Sequence record: OL539444.1
DNA from: Escherichia phage_vB_EcoD_Punny
Strand: one strand, 5' to 3'
DNA length: 49,765 bases
Below are positions 1 to 10,143 of this stretch, piece by piece. The notes beneath the pieces were generated by a model. The model was given only the letters and a program-made list of their open reading frames with translations, did no database searches and was not told the DNA's origin. A program made the position numbers and the translations under genes. Within the stretch, counting starts at the first letter, position 1. Each line of letters begins with the position of its first letter.

Positions 1-16
1 TGCAACGCAAAAAGAT

Positions 17-40
17 AACCCGCCTTGCGCGGGTTTTTTT
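17..40 (+). terminator. rho-independent terminator
   Basis: Inverted repeat AACCCGC/GCGGGTT with 5-nt loop, then run of 7 T. Near-identical to the terminator at 16219-16242. Confidence 0.6.
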
Positions 41-62
41 GTGTCTGTAATTTAGCTATAAT
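25..62 (+). promoter_or_regulatory. possible late promoter overlapping terminator loop
   Basis: TTGCGC in terminator loop, then TGTAAT (46-51) and TATAAT (57-62). Spacing is not canonical, so weak. Confidence 0.25.
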
Positions 63-89
63 CATGCCTCAACAATGGAGGATTCTATT

Positions 90-614
90 ATGTCGAAAAA
101 AACAGAAGCGCCAGCGGCTGAAAGCCTGAATTTTAAGAAACTATGGAATAAGCAATATTCAGATCTCATTGGCACTAAACTTGATAAGCGCACAACGCTA
201 ACGCCAGAGCAGGTTATGAATTTGATTGTTCAGTATTTTGAATGGGCTGAATCAAACGCAATAAAGGCTGGTGAAACTGCCACATTTCAGGGGCGTGTTT
301 ATCAGGACACGATTCACAAGCCACGCATTTTCACATGGGAAGCGTTGAAGTTGTTTTGTGGTTTTTCCGGCACAGCACTAGCGAAATGGAAATTAAAGCC
401 TGGTTATGATGTTGTAATTGAATTTGCTGAATCGGTAATTAAAGAACAAAAATACCAGTTAGCGGCAAACGGAATGATTAACAGCACAATGATCGCAAAA
501 GAGCTTGGAATTGATAAGGGCGACACGTTCAATATTAGCGCCAATGCTGAAACGGAAGTTAACACGGAAGAAGCAATGAAAAACGCCGTCGCAAGCGTTC
601 TAAGTAAAATTTAA
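90..614 (+). CDS. terminase small subunit (putative)
   Basis: ORF directly upstream of and coupled to the large terminase; GGAGG RBS at 78-82 favours ATG 90 over ATG 75. Assignment is by position only. Confidence 0.5.
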   Translation: MSKKTEAPAAESLNFKKLWNKQYSDLIGTKLDKRTTLTPEQVMNLIVQYFEWAESNAIKAGETATFQGRVYQDTIHKPRIFTWEALKLFCGFSGTALAKWKLKPGYDVVIEFAESVIKEQKYQLAANGMINSTMIAKELGIDKGDTFNISANAETEVNTEEAMKNAVASVLSKI

Positions 615-616
615 AG

Positions 617-2197
617 GTGAATGCTATGTTGATTTGGGAAGATTTAACAAAACTTGAAAAGCTGGCTATTAAGGAATTAAGCACACACGATTTTGATACT
701 TTCGTTAAAATCTGGTTCCCGATCCAGCAGGGCGAAAAATGGATTCCTAACTGGCACCACCTTTATATTGCAAGGGCAATTGATGAAATTATTGAAGGTG
801 TGCGCAAAGATACCATTTTTAACGTAACGCCAGGTTCAGGCAAAACCGAATTACTTTCGATCCACTTTCCGCCTTATTCATATTTGAAATTGAACAAGGT
901 GCGAAATCTGAATATTTCGTTTGCTGATACACTGGTTAAACGTAACAGCAAGCGTGTGCGCGATCTGGTTAACTCGCGAGAATGGCAAGAGCTTTACCCC
1001 GCAAAAACTGGTACAAGCAAGGATGATGAATTCCAGATCCTTAATGACGCTGGCAAAGTTCGCCTGGAAATGATTAGTAAATCAATGGGCGGTCAGATTA
1101 CTGGTAGTCGTGGCGGTTACATCACTCCTGGTGTTTATTCAGGTTGTGTGACGCTTGATGATCCAGAAAAGCCTGATGATATGTTTTCGAAGGTGAAACG
1201 TGAGCGCGGTCAAATGATCGCAAAGAACACAATTCGATCACGTCGCGCACATTCAGAAACGCCGATTATCGTTATTCAGCAGCGTCTACACGCGCAGGAT
1301 ATGACCTGGTTTCTGATGAATGGCGGAATGGGTATTGAATTTGATCAGATATCAATTCCGGCGATGGTTACAGAGGAATACGGGAAATCGCTTCCTGATT
1401 GGTTACAGCCTCATTTTGAAAAAGATGTGCTTTCGTCTGAATACATCGTTATTGACGGCGTGAAGTATTATTCTTTCTGGCCTAGCAAGGAAAGCATTCA
1501 TGATCTTAAAGCGCTACGCGATGCGGATTTGTACACGTTCCTTTCTCAGTATCAGCAAGAGCCAATTGCTCTTGGCGGTAACGCAATTAACGTTGGATGG
1601 TTCCAGTATTACGGAACCGGAGAAAAATCAACGATGCCAAAACCGGATCGCTTTGATTATACGTTTATTACAGCAGATACCGCTCAGAAAGAAGGTGAGC
1701 TAAACGACTACAGCGTTTTATGTTATTGGGGCATGTTCAAAGGCCGTATATATTTTATTGACGGTGTGCGCGGAAAATGGGAGGCGCCAATGTTAGAAAC
1801 ACAGTTTAAAGCGTTTGTTAAACAGTGCTGGAACCGTAACAAAGAATGCGGAAACTTGCGTAAAATTTACGTGGAAGATAAAGCGAGCGGTACAGGTTTG
1901 ATCCAGAATTGCCGCAAAGCATTTCCGATAGAAATTACGCCAGTGCAACGCGATAAAGACAAAGTAACGCGCTGCATGGACGCTCAGCCAGTGATCAAGA
2001 ATGGTTATGTTGTATTGCCTGAATCGCATCACATGCTTGCTGAATTTCTGGCAGAGGCGGCGGCATTCACTTATGATGATAGCCATCCTCATGATGATAT
2101 TATGGATAACCTTTTTGATGCTGTTAATATTGAGCTTAACCTTGCTGATAATGCGGTTGATAGAATGAAGCGTTTAGCTGGATTAGCGAAGCGTTAA
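617..2197 (+). CDS. terminase large subunit
   Basis: 526 aa with Walker A-like TPGSGKT near the N-terminus and an acidic nuclease-like C-terminal half; follows the small subunit. Start is GTG 617 or ATG 626. Confidence 0.8.
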   Translation: MNAMLIWEDLTKLEKLAIKELSTHDFDTFVKIWFPIQQGEKWIPNWHHLYIARAIDEIIEGVRKDTIFNVTPGSGKTELLSIHFPPYSYLKLNKVRNLNISFADTLVKRNSKRVRDLVNSREWQELYPAKTGTSKDDEFQILNDAGKVRLEMISKSMGGQITGSRGGYITPGVYSGCVTLDDPEKPDDMFSKVKRERGQMIAKNTIRSRRAHSETPIIVIQQRLHAQDMTWFLMNGGMGIEFDQISIPAMVTEEYGKSLPDWLQPHFEKDVLSSEYIVIDGVKYYSFWPSKESIHDLKALRDADLYTFLSQYQQEPIALGGNAINVGWFQYYGTGEKSTMPKPDRFDYTFITADTAQKEGELNDYSVLCYWGMFKGRIYFIDGVRGKWEAPMLETQFKAFVKQCWNRNKECGNLRKIYVEDKASGTGLIQNCRKAFPIEITPVQRDKDKVTRCMDAQPVIKNGYVVLPESHHMLAEFLAEAAAFTYDDSHPHDDIMDNLFDAVNIELNLADNAVDRMKRLAGLAKR

Positions 2198-2211
2198 TGT
2201 GTAAAATCAAA

Positions 2212-2235
2212 GGCTGGAATATTCCGGCCTTTTTA
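2212..2235 (+). terminator. rho-independent terminator
   Basis: Stem GGCTGG/CCGGCC around palindrome GGAATATTCC, then TTTTT. Confidence 0.55.
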
Positions 2236-2249
2236 TTATGGGGGTATTT

Positions 2250-3545
2250 ATGAGCGACAAGGTAAAGGCCATTACTAAAGAAGATGGTTACAACGAAATT
2301 TTCGGATCTAAAGATGGAACGTTTAGGCCAAATGCTTTTTACATGCAAAGTGCGGCATTTAAAACGTTATCGCAATTTTATGAAGAAGATGGAATGGCGC
2401 GGCGCATTGTCGATGTTATTCCCGAAGAAATGGTAACGCCTGGTTTTAAAGTTGACGGCGTGAAAAATGAAAAGTCTTTTAAATCGCGTTGGGATGAATT
2501 GCGATTAAACGCTAAAATTATTGATGCGCTTTCATGGTCGCGTTTATTTGGCGGTTCTGCAATTCTTGCTGTTGTTTCTGATAACAGAATGCTGAAATCA
2601 CCTGTAAAGCCTGGTGCACAACTTGAAGATATTCGCGTATATGATCGCTATCAGATCACCATTCAGGAACGTGAAACTAATGCGCGGAGTGTTCGTTACG
2701 GTGAGCCAAAACTTTATAAGATCTCACCTGGCGGAGATATACCGGAATTCTTTGTTCATTACTCGCGTATTTGCATCATTGATGGTGAGCGCGTATCTAA
2801 TGAAAAACGCCGTCAAAATGATGGTTGGGGCGCAAGCATTTTAAACAAGCGTTTGATTGAGGCGATTATTGATTATAACTATTGCCAAGAATTAGCAACG
2901 CAATTGCTACGCAGAAAACAACAAGCAGTATGGAAAGCGCGTGATCTGGCTTTGATGTGCGACGATGAAGAAGGGCGCTATGCGGCGCGTTTGCGTTTGG
3001 CTCAGGTTGATGACGAAAGCGGAGTTGGTAAGGCAATTGGTATTGATGCAACCGATGAAGAATATGAGGTTCTCAATTCTGACGTTTCCGGCGTTCCAGA
3101 GTTCTTGCAGGAAAAGATTGATCGAATTGTTGCACTAACTGGCATTCATGAAATCATCCTCAAAAATAAGAACACTGGCGGCGTTTCAGCGAGTCAAAAC
3201 ACGGCGCTAGAGACTTTCTATAAGTTAATTGATCGCAAGCGCGGAGAGGATTACAAGCCGATTCTTGAATTCCTTTTGCCGTTCATGATCTCAGAAGCGG
3301 AATGGTCGATTGAATTCGAGCCGTTAAGCGTTCCGAGTGATAAGGATAAAGCTGAAATCATGGCTAAAAACGTTGAGTCAATCGTTAAGCTGAAAGCAGA
3401 GCAAGCGATCGATCTTAAAGAAACGCGAGATACTTTGCGATCAATCTGCCCTGACATTAAAATTAGTGATGGTGACAACATTGAACTACCAGATCCAGAA
3501 GAACAGGAACCGGAACCAGGAACGGAGGAATTAAACAATGAATGA
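2250..3545 (+). CDS. portal protein
   Basis: About 430 aa ORF immediately after the large terminase, acidic C-terminus; conserved synteny. ATG 2250 preferred over 2238, which lies in the terminator T-run. Confidence 0.75.
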   Translation: MSDKVKAITKEDGYNEIFGSKDGTFRPNAFYMQSAAFKTLSQFYEEDGMARRIVDVIPEEMVTPGFKVDGVKNEKSFKSRWDELRLNAKIIDALSWSRLFGGSAILAVVSDNRMLKSPVKPGAQLEDIRVYDRYQITIQERETNARSVRYGEPKLYKISPGGDIPEFFVHYSRICIIDGERVSNEKRRQNDGWGASILNKRLIEAIIDYNYCQELATQLLRRKQQAVWKARDLALMCDDEEGRYAARLRLAQVDDESGVGKAIGIDATDEEYEVLNSDVSGVPEFLQEKIDRIVALTGIHEIILKNKNTGGVSASQNTALETFYKLIDRKRGEDYKPILEFLLPFMISEAEWSIEFEPLSVPSDKDKAEIMAKNVESIVKLKAEQAIDLKETRDTLRSICPDIKISDGDNIELPDPEEQEPEPGTEELNNE

Positions 3546-4278
3546 TGTCTCATGGAGATTTCCAGAGGCAACGAGGCGCGACGTTGATCGCGCCTTACAA
3601 TTGCTTGTGAGGGATCTTGTTGTAAGAATGCGCCGTAACACAAAGCGCCTTAAATTTGATGATCAGGTTAGTGAGGCGGCGGCAGATAATGAATTATACG
3701 CAGAGGAATTAATTTCCGCATTCATCGCGCTACTGCCAACTTTCGCGCTATCCATCTATAAATTCAACTCAAAGGAATTTATCAGGATCGCAAATAAGAC
3801 AGGAGGCAAGAATAATTTAGCCGTCCTGTTGCTGATTGGTCGAGGGGCTAACGCTGGTGAATCGTGGTACGCGCCTAAATATCACGTATGGCGGCAAATG
3901 GTGCGCGACTCTATCAGAAAGATGGTTGACAATATTCTTGACGATTGGGAAATGCAAGTAAGGTTAGCCGAATTGCACGAAGCGGATCAGAAAAGATTAA
4001 ACGCAATTATCGAAAGGCGATTTAAGGTCTATAAAAATTGGGCGTCACGCCGCACTTCTGGTATAGTTGGCGCTTGGAATAGCGTGTTAATGTATCAGCG
4101 TTGTGTTGATGCTGGCGTTACCCATTATATTTGGCGCGGTCAGTTAGATGATCGCGAGCGTGAAAAACATTTGATGTGGGAAAAGAAACGGATCGCCTTA
4201 ACATCTAATCACGTTTTTCCTGGTGAGGAATTTAATTGTCGTTGTTGGGCGCAACCGGATTGGGAGACAGCAAAATGA
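3538..4278 (+). CDS. head morphogenesis / minor head protein (Mu F / SPP1 gp7-like)
   Basis: 246 aa ORF overlapping the portal stop (ATGAATGA); the position is typical for this family. Confidence 0.5.
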   Translation: MNDVSWRFPEATRRDVDRALQLLVRDLVVRMRRNTKRLKFDDQVSEAAADNELYAEELISAFIALLPTFALSIYKFNSKEFIRIANKTGGKNNLAVLLLIGRGANAGESWYAPKYHVWRQMVRDSIRKMVDNILDDWEMQVRLAELHEADQKRLNAIIERRFKVYKNWASRRTSGIVGAWNSVLMYQRCVDAGVTHYIWRGQLDDREREKHLMWEKKRIALTSNHVFPGEEFNCRCWAQPDWETAK

Positions 4279-5384
4279 AAAAGGTGCAACGTTTTGATAG
4301 CGTAAGAGTAAAGGCGCATTTTGATGAACATGGTTTTTTAGTTGATCGGCCTATTGTAGCGCGGATTGGTTTGCAGATTTACCAAACGCCATTTGGAGAG
4401 CGTAGAGAGTTCAGGCCAGCAAGCGAAGTATTCAAGGCTGATTCACTGGCAACCTATGCAGGAAAACCAATCACAGTAGGTCACGTCACCGTAACGCCGG
4501 AAAATGCGCGTAATGTCGTTGTTGGTACTTGTTCAGGCGCTGGAATCCCGAACGGGATCGGAGTTGAAGCGCCTTTGAATATTTACGCAAAGGATGCAAT
4601 TGAAAGCGCGAAGAAAAAACAAACGGCTGAAATCAGCGTTGGCTATACTTCAATTGATATTGATAAGCCAGGCTGGGGGTCTAATGAAACGGGCGAATAC
4701 ATCTTTGAAGAAGATCTAAAAGATGGTGAGAAGCCGCCGAAAGATTGGGTTAAGTTTGATGCGCTACAAACAAACATTAGCGTAAACCATATCGCGCTTG
4801 TTTTTAAAGGTCGTGCCGGAATTGCAAAATTGAATCTTGATAGCGAGCAGGAATTCCCGTATGATACTGACGTTAAACTAAATAAAGAGGACGAAGTTAT
4901 GACCGTTAAAATTAAACTTGATGGTGCTGTTGAGTTTGACGTGCCAAAAGAAGTTGCCACCTTTATCGAAACCGTAAAGGCAGATGCTGAAAAAGCCAAA
5001 ACCAAAGCCGACAGCCTGGAGGCAGAGCGTGACGCGCTACAGGCGAAAGTTGACGGCATTCCGGCGCAGATTGAAGAAGCTGTGAAAAAAGCAAAAGCTG
5101 ACGCTGATGAACATGCCGCACTGGTCGCTACCGCTTCCGAAGTTGGCGTAAAATGCGACGGCCTAACAGCCAAAGAAATTAAGATCGCATATGTGAAAGA
5201 GGTCATGGGTAATGACATTAGCGCAAAGGCTGATGCATATATTGATACCGCTTTTGATATCGCGAAAGAATCTGATAAAATGGCGGCTCAACGTATCGCA
5301 TTAAAAGGCGATGCAGCAAAAAACAAACAGGATGCAGCGGAAACCATTCTTGATCCTTCCGCACGTCTGAATAAAGCTAAGTAA
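4275..5384 (+). CDS. scaffolding / prohead core protein (putative)
   Basis: ATG 4275 overlaps the upstream stop (ATGA). C-terminal half is Ala/Lys/Glu-rich and coiled-coil-like; lies between portal and capsid genes. Confidence 0.45.
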   Translation: MKKVQRFDSVRVKAHFDEHGFLVDRPIVARIGLQIYQTPFGERREFRPASEVFKADSLATYAGKPITVGHVTVTPENARNVVVGTCSGAGIPNGIGVEAPLNIYAKDAIESAKKKQTAEISVGYTSIDIDKPGWGSNETGEYIFEEDLKDGEKPPKDWVKFDALQTNISVNHIALVFKGRAGIAKLNLDSEQEFPYDTDVKLNKEDEVMTVKIKLDGAVEFDVPKEVATFIETVKADAEKAKTKADSLEAERDALQAKVDGIPAQIEEAVKKAKADADEHAALVATASEVGVKCDGLTAKEIKIAYVKEVMGNDISAKADAYIDTAFDIAKESDKMAAQRIALKGDAAKNKQDAAETILDPSARLNKAK

Positions 5385-5396
5385 GGAGAAAATATT

Positions 5397-5876
5397 ATGG
5401 CTCAGATTTCAGCAAGTTATCATGTTGCAATGGCTCGCGCCTTGCCTGGTCAAGTTTCTGACACTTCCGCGTATAACATCGACGGCGCTTGTGTTCTTGA
5501 TGGTGATGCAGGATCAACAATTTATGTTGGCGTTGGTGTTCAACATGGCGGAGTTAGCGCAAGCGGTGAGAAATTAATTAAGGCTATGGCAGCGTCTGGT
5601 AATGCTTATGGTGTTGCTATTCGATCCAACTTCCAGACCACATCTAAAGATGGTCGCATGGTTTATGAGGCTGGTAGCGGAATTAACGTAATGACTAAAG
5701 GGCGCGTTTGGATGGTATCTGTAGAATCGGAAGCGCCAGCATTCAAAACAGCTATCAAACTTGATAATTCAGGACAGGTTGATTTAACGTCTGGATTAAT
5801 TGAAACCACTTGGATCGCAACTGGAGACTTTACGGAATTCCAAGGTCTAAAACTCGTTGAGGTTCAACTGGTATAA
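5397..5876 (+). CDS. capsid-associated protein, paralog 1 (decoration-like position)
   Basis: 159 aa; shares YNIDG, NV.TKGR.W and a similar C-terminal ...VQL end with the next ORF; occupies the slot between scaffold and major capsid. Confidence 0.35.
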   Translation: MAQISASYHVAMARALPGQVSDTSAYNIDGACVLDGDAGSTIYVGVGVQHGGVSASGEKLIKAMAASGNAYGVAIRSNFQTTSKDGRMVYEAGSGINVMTKGRVWMVSVESEAPAFKTAIKLDNSGQVDLTSGLIETTWIATGDFTEFQGLKLVEVQLV

Positions 5877-5881
5877 TAATA

Positions 5882-5905
5882 AGGCCGGATTATTCCGGCC
5901 TTTTA
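5882..5905 (+). terminator. rho-independent terminator between the two paralogs
   Basis: Stem AGGCCGGA/TCCGGCCT, loop TTAT, then TTTT. Confidence 0.6.
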
Positions 5906-5919
5906 TATATGGTGGTTTT

Positions 5920-6360
5920 ATGTCTGATTACGGTTCTATAATAGGTATAGTTGAAAATGGGTGCTTGGTAGATTCAAGCCTTTATAATATAGATGGCTCG
6001 CCAGTTATGGATGTTTCAGCCGTGATAGGTAAGGCCGTATGTGTTGATCGCATATCTTGCGGTTACAAAATAATCAGCCACAATTTTAATGAAAACTCAA
6101 ATCATTACGGAATCGTTACGCGTGATTATATGGATTTTTGCAAAGAATATTACGACGCCGGAGATCCGGTTAACGTAATAACTCATGGTCGAATTTGGGT
6201 AATCACTCAGGACGAACATGATATTCCATCGTATAAAGATCCTGTTTTTGTTAAAGACAATGGCTCTATATCAACAAGTGGATTTCCTACTAGTTGGTTT
6301 TTTACTGGCGAATACGTAAGATATTCACACGGATATATTTTACTATCAGTTCAGTTGTAG
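5920..6360 (+). CDS. capsid-associated protein, paralog 2
   Basis: ATG 5920 after the terminator; paralog of 5397-5876 (YNIDG, VNVITHGRIWV, C-terminal SVQL). Confidence 0.35.
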   Translation: MSDYGSIIGIVENGCLVDSSLYNIDGSPVMDVSAVIGKAVCVDRISCGYKIISHNFNENSNHYGIVTRDYMDFCKEYYDAGDPVNVITHGRIWVITQDEHDIPSYKDPVFVKDNGSISTSGFPTSWFFTGEYVRYSHGYILLSVQL

Positions 6361-6380
6361 CGTGCTAACACAAAAAACAC

Positions 6381-6409
6381 TTGAACGTTTAACAAAAAAT
6401 GCTATATTA
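6381..6409 (+). promoter_or_regulatory. sigma70-like promoter upstream of major capsid gene
   Basis: TTGAAC, 17-bp spacer, TATATT; followed by hairpin AAGCCGT/ACGGCTT at 6410-6430. Confidence 0.45.
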
Positions 6410-6449
6410 AAGCCGTTATTGTGACGGCTTTTCTATGAGGGGAAATATT

Positions 6450-7427
6450 ATGTCTAAAGAAAAAATTAAATTTGATGAATTTGAAGCGTCTGTGATTTCT
6501 AATCACCTGCAACTGCAAGGCGCTAAAAACGATGCGTCTGATATGGGGATTTGGACGGCTCAAGAGCTACACAAAATTAAGTCTCAGGCTTATGAGAAAG
6601 AATATCCGGCAGGTTCCGCACTGCGTGTATTCCCTGTAACGTCCGAGCTTTCCGATACTGACAAAACTTTTGAATACCAGACTTTCGACAAAGTAGGTCA
6701 CGCAAAAATCATCGCTGATTATACTGATGATCTGCCAACTGTTGACGCGATGATGACTTCTGAATTTGGTAAAGTGTTCCGCCTGGGTAATGCGTTCCTG
6801 ATTTCCATTGACGAAATCAAAGCAGGTCAACGCACTGGCAAGAGCCTTTCCACTCGCAAGGCAAACGCCGCACAGAATGCGCATGATCAGCTTGTCAATC
6901 ACCTGGTTTTCAAAGGCTCTAAGCCGCACAAAATTATCAGTGTGTTTGAACATCCGAACATCACAACTATCAACTCCGCAGGTTGGAACAACGCCGCAGG
7001 TACTGGTAAAAAGCCGAAAACAGCACAGGATGAATTAGAGCAAGCGATTGAAAAAATCGAAACGCTGACCAACGGGCAGCACCGCGCTACTCACATTCTG
7101 ATCCCGCCGTCAATGCGTAAGGTTTTGAGCGTTCGTATGCCGGAAACCACCATGAGCTATCTTGATTACTTCAAGCAGCAGAATGGAGGTATCACTATCG
7201 AATCCATTTCCGAGCTTGAAGATATCGACGGCGCAGGGACTAAAGCGGCGCTGGTTTACGAAAAAGATCCGATGAACATGAGCATTGAGATTCCAGAAGC
7301 GTTTAACATGCTGACCGCGCAACCTAAAGACCTGCATTTCAAAGTGCCTTGCACCTCTAAATGTACTGGCCTGACGATTTACCGTCCGTTGACGCTGGTT
7401 CTGATTAAAGGTCTTGTAGTAGGCTGA
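6450..7427 (+). CDS. major capsid protein
   Basis: About 325 aa ORF with GAGGGG RBS, own promoter and strong terminator immediately downstream; position after scaffold. Confidence 0.6.
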   Translation: MSKEKIKFDEFEASVISNHLQLQGAKNDASDMGIWTAQELHKIKSQAYEKEYPAGSALRVFPVTSELSDTDKTFEYQTFDKVGHAKIIADYTDDLPTVDAMMTSEFGKVFRLGNAFLISIDEIKAGQRTGKSLSTRKANAAQNAHDQLVNHLVFKGSKPHKIISVFEHPNITTINSAGWNNAAGTGKKPKTAQDELEQAIEKIETLTNGQHRATHILIPPSMRKVLSVRMPETTMSYLDYFKQQNGGITIESISELEDIDGAGTKAALVYEKDPMNMSIEIPEAFNMLTAQPKDLHFKVPCTSKCTGLTIYRPLTLVLIKGLVVG

Positions 7428-7443
7428 TAATTCAATTAATATA

Positions 7444-7470
7444 GGGAACCGTTAAAAGGTTCCCTTTTTT
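7444..7470 (+). terminator. rho-independent terminator
   Basis: Stem GGGAACC/GGTTCCC, 7-nt loop, then TTTTTT. Confidence 0.75.
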
Positions 7471-7488
7471 ATATATGGAGAAAAACAA

Positions 7489-7761
7489 ATGGCTAAAGAA
7501 AAAGAAATTACACTGGTTAACACTGGCGTTGCACTGATTATTATTGATCGCGTTGACGTTATGCCAGGTAAAGAAATTACCGTTGCGGAAAGCGTGTTAG
7601 AGCGGCAAGGCACTAAAGCACTTATGGCAGAAGGTAAGCTAACAATCAAAGATAACAGCGATCTCAATGCTGAAATCGTTGAAGCGTTTAAGAGCAAGCG
7701 CAAAAAAGATCCGAACGAAGGCAAGACAAAAAAAGAGCTTGAGGACGGCGGCGAGTATTAA
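7489..7761 (+). CDS. hypothetical protein, monocistronic between two terminators
   Basis: 90 aa ORF with basic C-terminus, flanked by terminators at 7444-7470 and 7769-7793. Confidence 0.5.
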   Translation: MAKEKEITLVNTGVALIIIDRVDVMPGKEITVAESVLERQGTKALMAEGKLTIKDNSDLNAEIVEAFKSKRKKDPNEGKTKKELEDGGEY

Positions 7762-7768
7762 TTAATAA

Positions 7769-7793
7769 AGGCGCTTATTTAGCGCCTTTTTTA
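7769..7793 (+). terminator. rho-independent terminator
   Basis: Stem AGGCGCT/AGCGCCT, loop TATTT, then TTTTTT. Confidence 0.7.
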
Positions 7794-7807
7794 TTGGGGG
7801 GTAAATC

Positions 7808-8212
7808 ATGAATGATATTGAGATCTTAGAGCAAATTTATAAACTTGCTCCAGCATTTAAAAAAGTAGATCCTGAATTGATTCAGGCATGGATCGAATTA
7901 GCAAAAGATTTCGTTTGCGTTAACCACTTCAAAGACAAGTACAATCGCGCTGTTGCTCTTTATACGTTGCACCTGATGACTCTTGACGGCGCAATGAAAC
8001 AGGAAGGTGAAAGCGTAGAAAGCTACTCGCATCGTATAGCGTCATTTTCCCTGACTGGTGAGTTTTCTCAGACATTCAGCAAAGTTAGTGACGACACAAG
8101 CGGTAACACGTTGCGCCAAACGCCGTGGGGTAAAATGTATGAAGTTCTTAACAAGAAAAAAGGCGGCGGATTTGGCCTTACAACTGCCTTTCGTCGGAGG
8201 TGCTCACGATGA
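7808..8212 (+). CDS. head-tail connector / adaptor protein (putative)
   Basis: 134 aa ORF in the head-tail joining slot; assignment by synteny only. Confidence 0.35.
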   Translation: MNDIEILEQIYKLAPAFKKVDPELIQAWIELAKDFVCVNHFKDKYNRAVALYTLHLMTLDGAMKQEGESVESYSHRIASFSLTGEFSQTFSKVSDDTSGNTLRQTPWGKMYEVLNKKKGGGFGLTTAFRRRCSR

Positions 8213-8580
8213 ATTATGAACAAATCAGATCTATGGCATCGGCTGGAATTAATTTTTTTAGCGATGGAACTGGTGAATTTGATTGCATTACTCAACCTGG
8301 AAGCGTTGAAATTGTTGGCGGTATTGAGGTTGAAAAACCTGAAATAAAGGTGAAGATTAAAGGTCTTGTGAGAGCACCACGGACGCGAGAAGTTGACGGA
8401 GAGACAATTAGAGTTACCGACAAGTTAGGCGTTTTTAATGCTGATGTAGAGCTTAAAAACGGATATCAGATTGATATCGACGGCGAGCGTTATGTTATGG
8501 TTGAAACAAGACCAATCAGACCAACAAGCATTACCGTTGCTTACCGTCCAATAATGCGGAGGGTTGCGGTTCATGGCTGA
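8209..8580 (+). CDS. head closure / head-tail joining protein (putative)
   Basis: ATG overlaps the upstream stop (ATGA); synteny. Confidence 0.35.
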   Translation: MNYEQIRSMASAGINFFSDGTGEFDCITQPGSVEIVGGIEVEKPEIKVKIKGLVRAPRTREVDGETIRVTDKLGVFNADVELKNGYQIDIDGERYVMVETRPIRPTSITVAYRPIMRRVAVHG

Positions 8581-9013
8581 TTATTCGATCCGAGAATTTC
8601 ATGGCAATGTTGATAAATGGATCGAGCAAGTAGAAAGCGGATTGAATGACGTGATTCAGATTTTTGGTGAAAAGGTTCACGGCGCATTAGTTGATATTGC
8701 GCCAGTGGACACAGGACGATTCAAAGCCAATATGCAGATCACAGCAAACAAGCCGCCTCTTTACGCGCTCAATCAATATGATCCTGATGGTGAGAAAACA
8801 AAGGCGGAAGGTCGCAGGACGCTTTATGCTTTATTGCATGGCGGCGGCGCTATTAAATCAATATACTTTTCCAATATGCTGATTTACGCTAATGCTCTTG
8901 AATATGGTCATTCAAAGCAAGCGCCAGCGGGGGTATTTGGTATCGTTGCGATCCGGTTGCGCTCTTACATGGCGGAAGCGATAAGGGAGGCGAGAAAGAA
9001 AAATGCACTATGA
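8564..9013 (+). CDS. tail completion protein (putative)
   Basis: 149 aa ORF, translationally coupled; synteny. Confidence 0.35.
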   Translation: MRFMADYSIREFHGNVDKWIEQVESGLNDVIQIFGEKVHGALVDIAPVDTGRFKANMQITANKPPLYALNQYDPDGEKTKAEGRRTLYALLHGGGAIKSIYFSNMLIYANALEYGHSKQAPAGVFGIVAIRLRSYMAEAIREARKKNAL

Positions 9014-9395
9014 ATTATCTGTTGCGGTAAGAATGGCTCTGGCTCAAGAATACGAAAGCGAATATATGATCGCTTATGAAAACGTTGAATTTACGCCACC
9101 AAAAGGCGGCGGCATTTGGCTTAAATATGACTACAAAGAAGCAGATACAATAATTCATGATCTGAAAAGGAAATGCATTAGCTATATTGGAATGGTTCAG
9201 ATCGGAATTGAATTCCCGCCAGGATCAGGAATTGACAAGGCTCGCAAGCTGGCAAAAAATATTGCTGATTTCTTTGAAGATGGTAAAATGCTTTCGAATG
9301 GCTATATTTCAGAAGGTGCAAAAGTGCATCAAGTTCAGAAATCAGAATCAGGCTGGTTTTATCCAGTACGTTTTTATGTTCGTTATGATGGTTAA
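9003..9395 (+). CDS. tail terminator / completion protein (putative)
   Basis: 130 aa ORF directly upstream of the major tail protein; synteny. Confidence 0.35.
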   Translation: MHYELSVAVRMALAQEYESEYMIAYENVEFTPPKGGGIWLKYDYKEADTIIHDLKRKCISYIGMVQIGIEFPPGSGIDKARKLAKNIADFFEDGKMLSNGYISEGAKVHQVQKSESGWFYPVRFYVRYDG

Positions 9396-9409
9396 TAAAG
9401 GGGGCTATT

Positions 9410-10072
9410 ATGCACTTACCTAACGGAGCACAGATTTTTATTGAGAATACTCGCGCACAGGCAGTAAGCGCAACCAACGTTAGCAACGCTGAAAAACCGG
9501 AGTTCACTGTTGCAAGTGGCGGAACTGACTTTAAAAAGGGTGATTACATTATCGTTACCGCCTCAAGTTGGGGTAAATTGCTTGATCGCGTTCTGCGTGT
9601 GACGGCGGCTGAAGAAACTAAGGTTACTGTTGAAGGTATCGACACAACCGATACTAACGTTTTCCCGGCTGGCGCTGTAACTGCGAGCTTTGCGAAAATC
9701 AACGGTTGGACAGAGATCCCATGCGTACAGGACTTGGGGCAGGACGGAGGCGAGCAACAGTATTACAATTACCAGTGCTTGAGCGATGACCAGGAGCAGC
9801 AGTTACCAACCTATAAGAGCGCGGTATCACTGACTTACACATTTGCGCATGAATACGATAACCCGATTTATCCGCTATTGCGTAAGGCTGACGAATCCGG
9901 CGACGTTAAAGCATTGCGCATGTATGTACCAAAAGCGAAAGAAATGCGCCTTTGGGCTGGTGTGCTTTCTTTCAACGAGATCCCACAAACGGCGGTAAAC
10001 GAAATGGAAACCGTTTCTTTGTCGGTATCCCTGAAAGGTCGCTTTACTTTCCTCCCTGCTAACCAGGATTAA
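9410..10072 (+). CDS. major tail protein
   Basis: 220 aa ORF immediately upstream of the G/GT chaperone pair and tape measure gene (conserved order), followed by a terminator. Confidence 0.6.
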   Translation: MHLPNGAQIFIENTRAQAVSATNVSNAEKPEFTVASGGTDFKKGDYIIVTASSWGKLLDRVLRVTAAEETKVTVEGIDTTDTNVFPAGAVTASFAKINGWTEIPCVQDLGQDGGEQQYYNYQCLSDDQEQQLPTYKSAVSLTYTFAHEYDNPIYPLLRKADESGDVKALRMYVPKAKEMRLWAGVLSFNEIPQTAVNEMETVSLSVSLKGRFTFLPANQD

Positions 10073-10078
10073 TATTAA

Positions 10079-10102
10079 GGGGCGCATTGCGTCCCTTTTT
10101 TA
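10079..10102 (+). terminator. rho-independent terminator
   Basis: Stem GGGGCGC/GCGTCCC (one G-U pair), loop ATT, then TTTTTT. Confidence 0.55.
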
Positions 10103-10143
10103 TTTGATGTAATATCACCTCAATATTTAACCACTCAGGAGAA

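Noticed and set aside
4643-5218. Minus-strand 191 aa ORF inside the scaffold gene
   Set aside because: Antisense to a well-supported gene in the structural operon, low-complexity Ser/Ala-rich translation, no promoter or ribosome-binding site.
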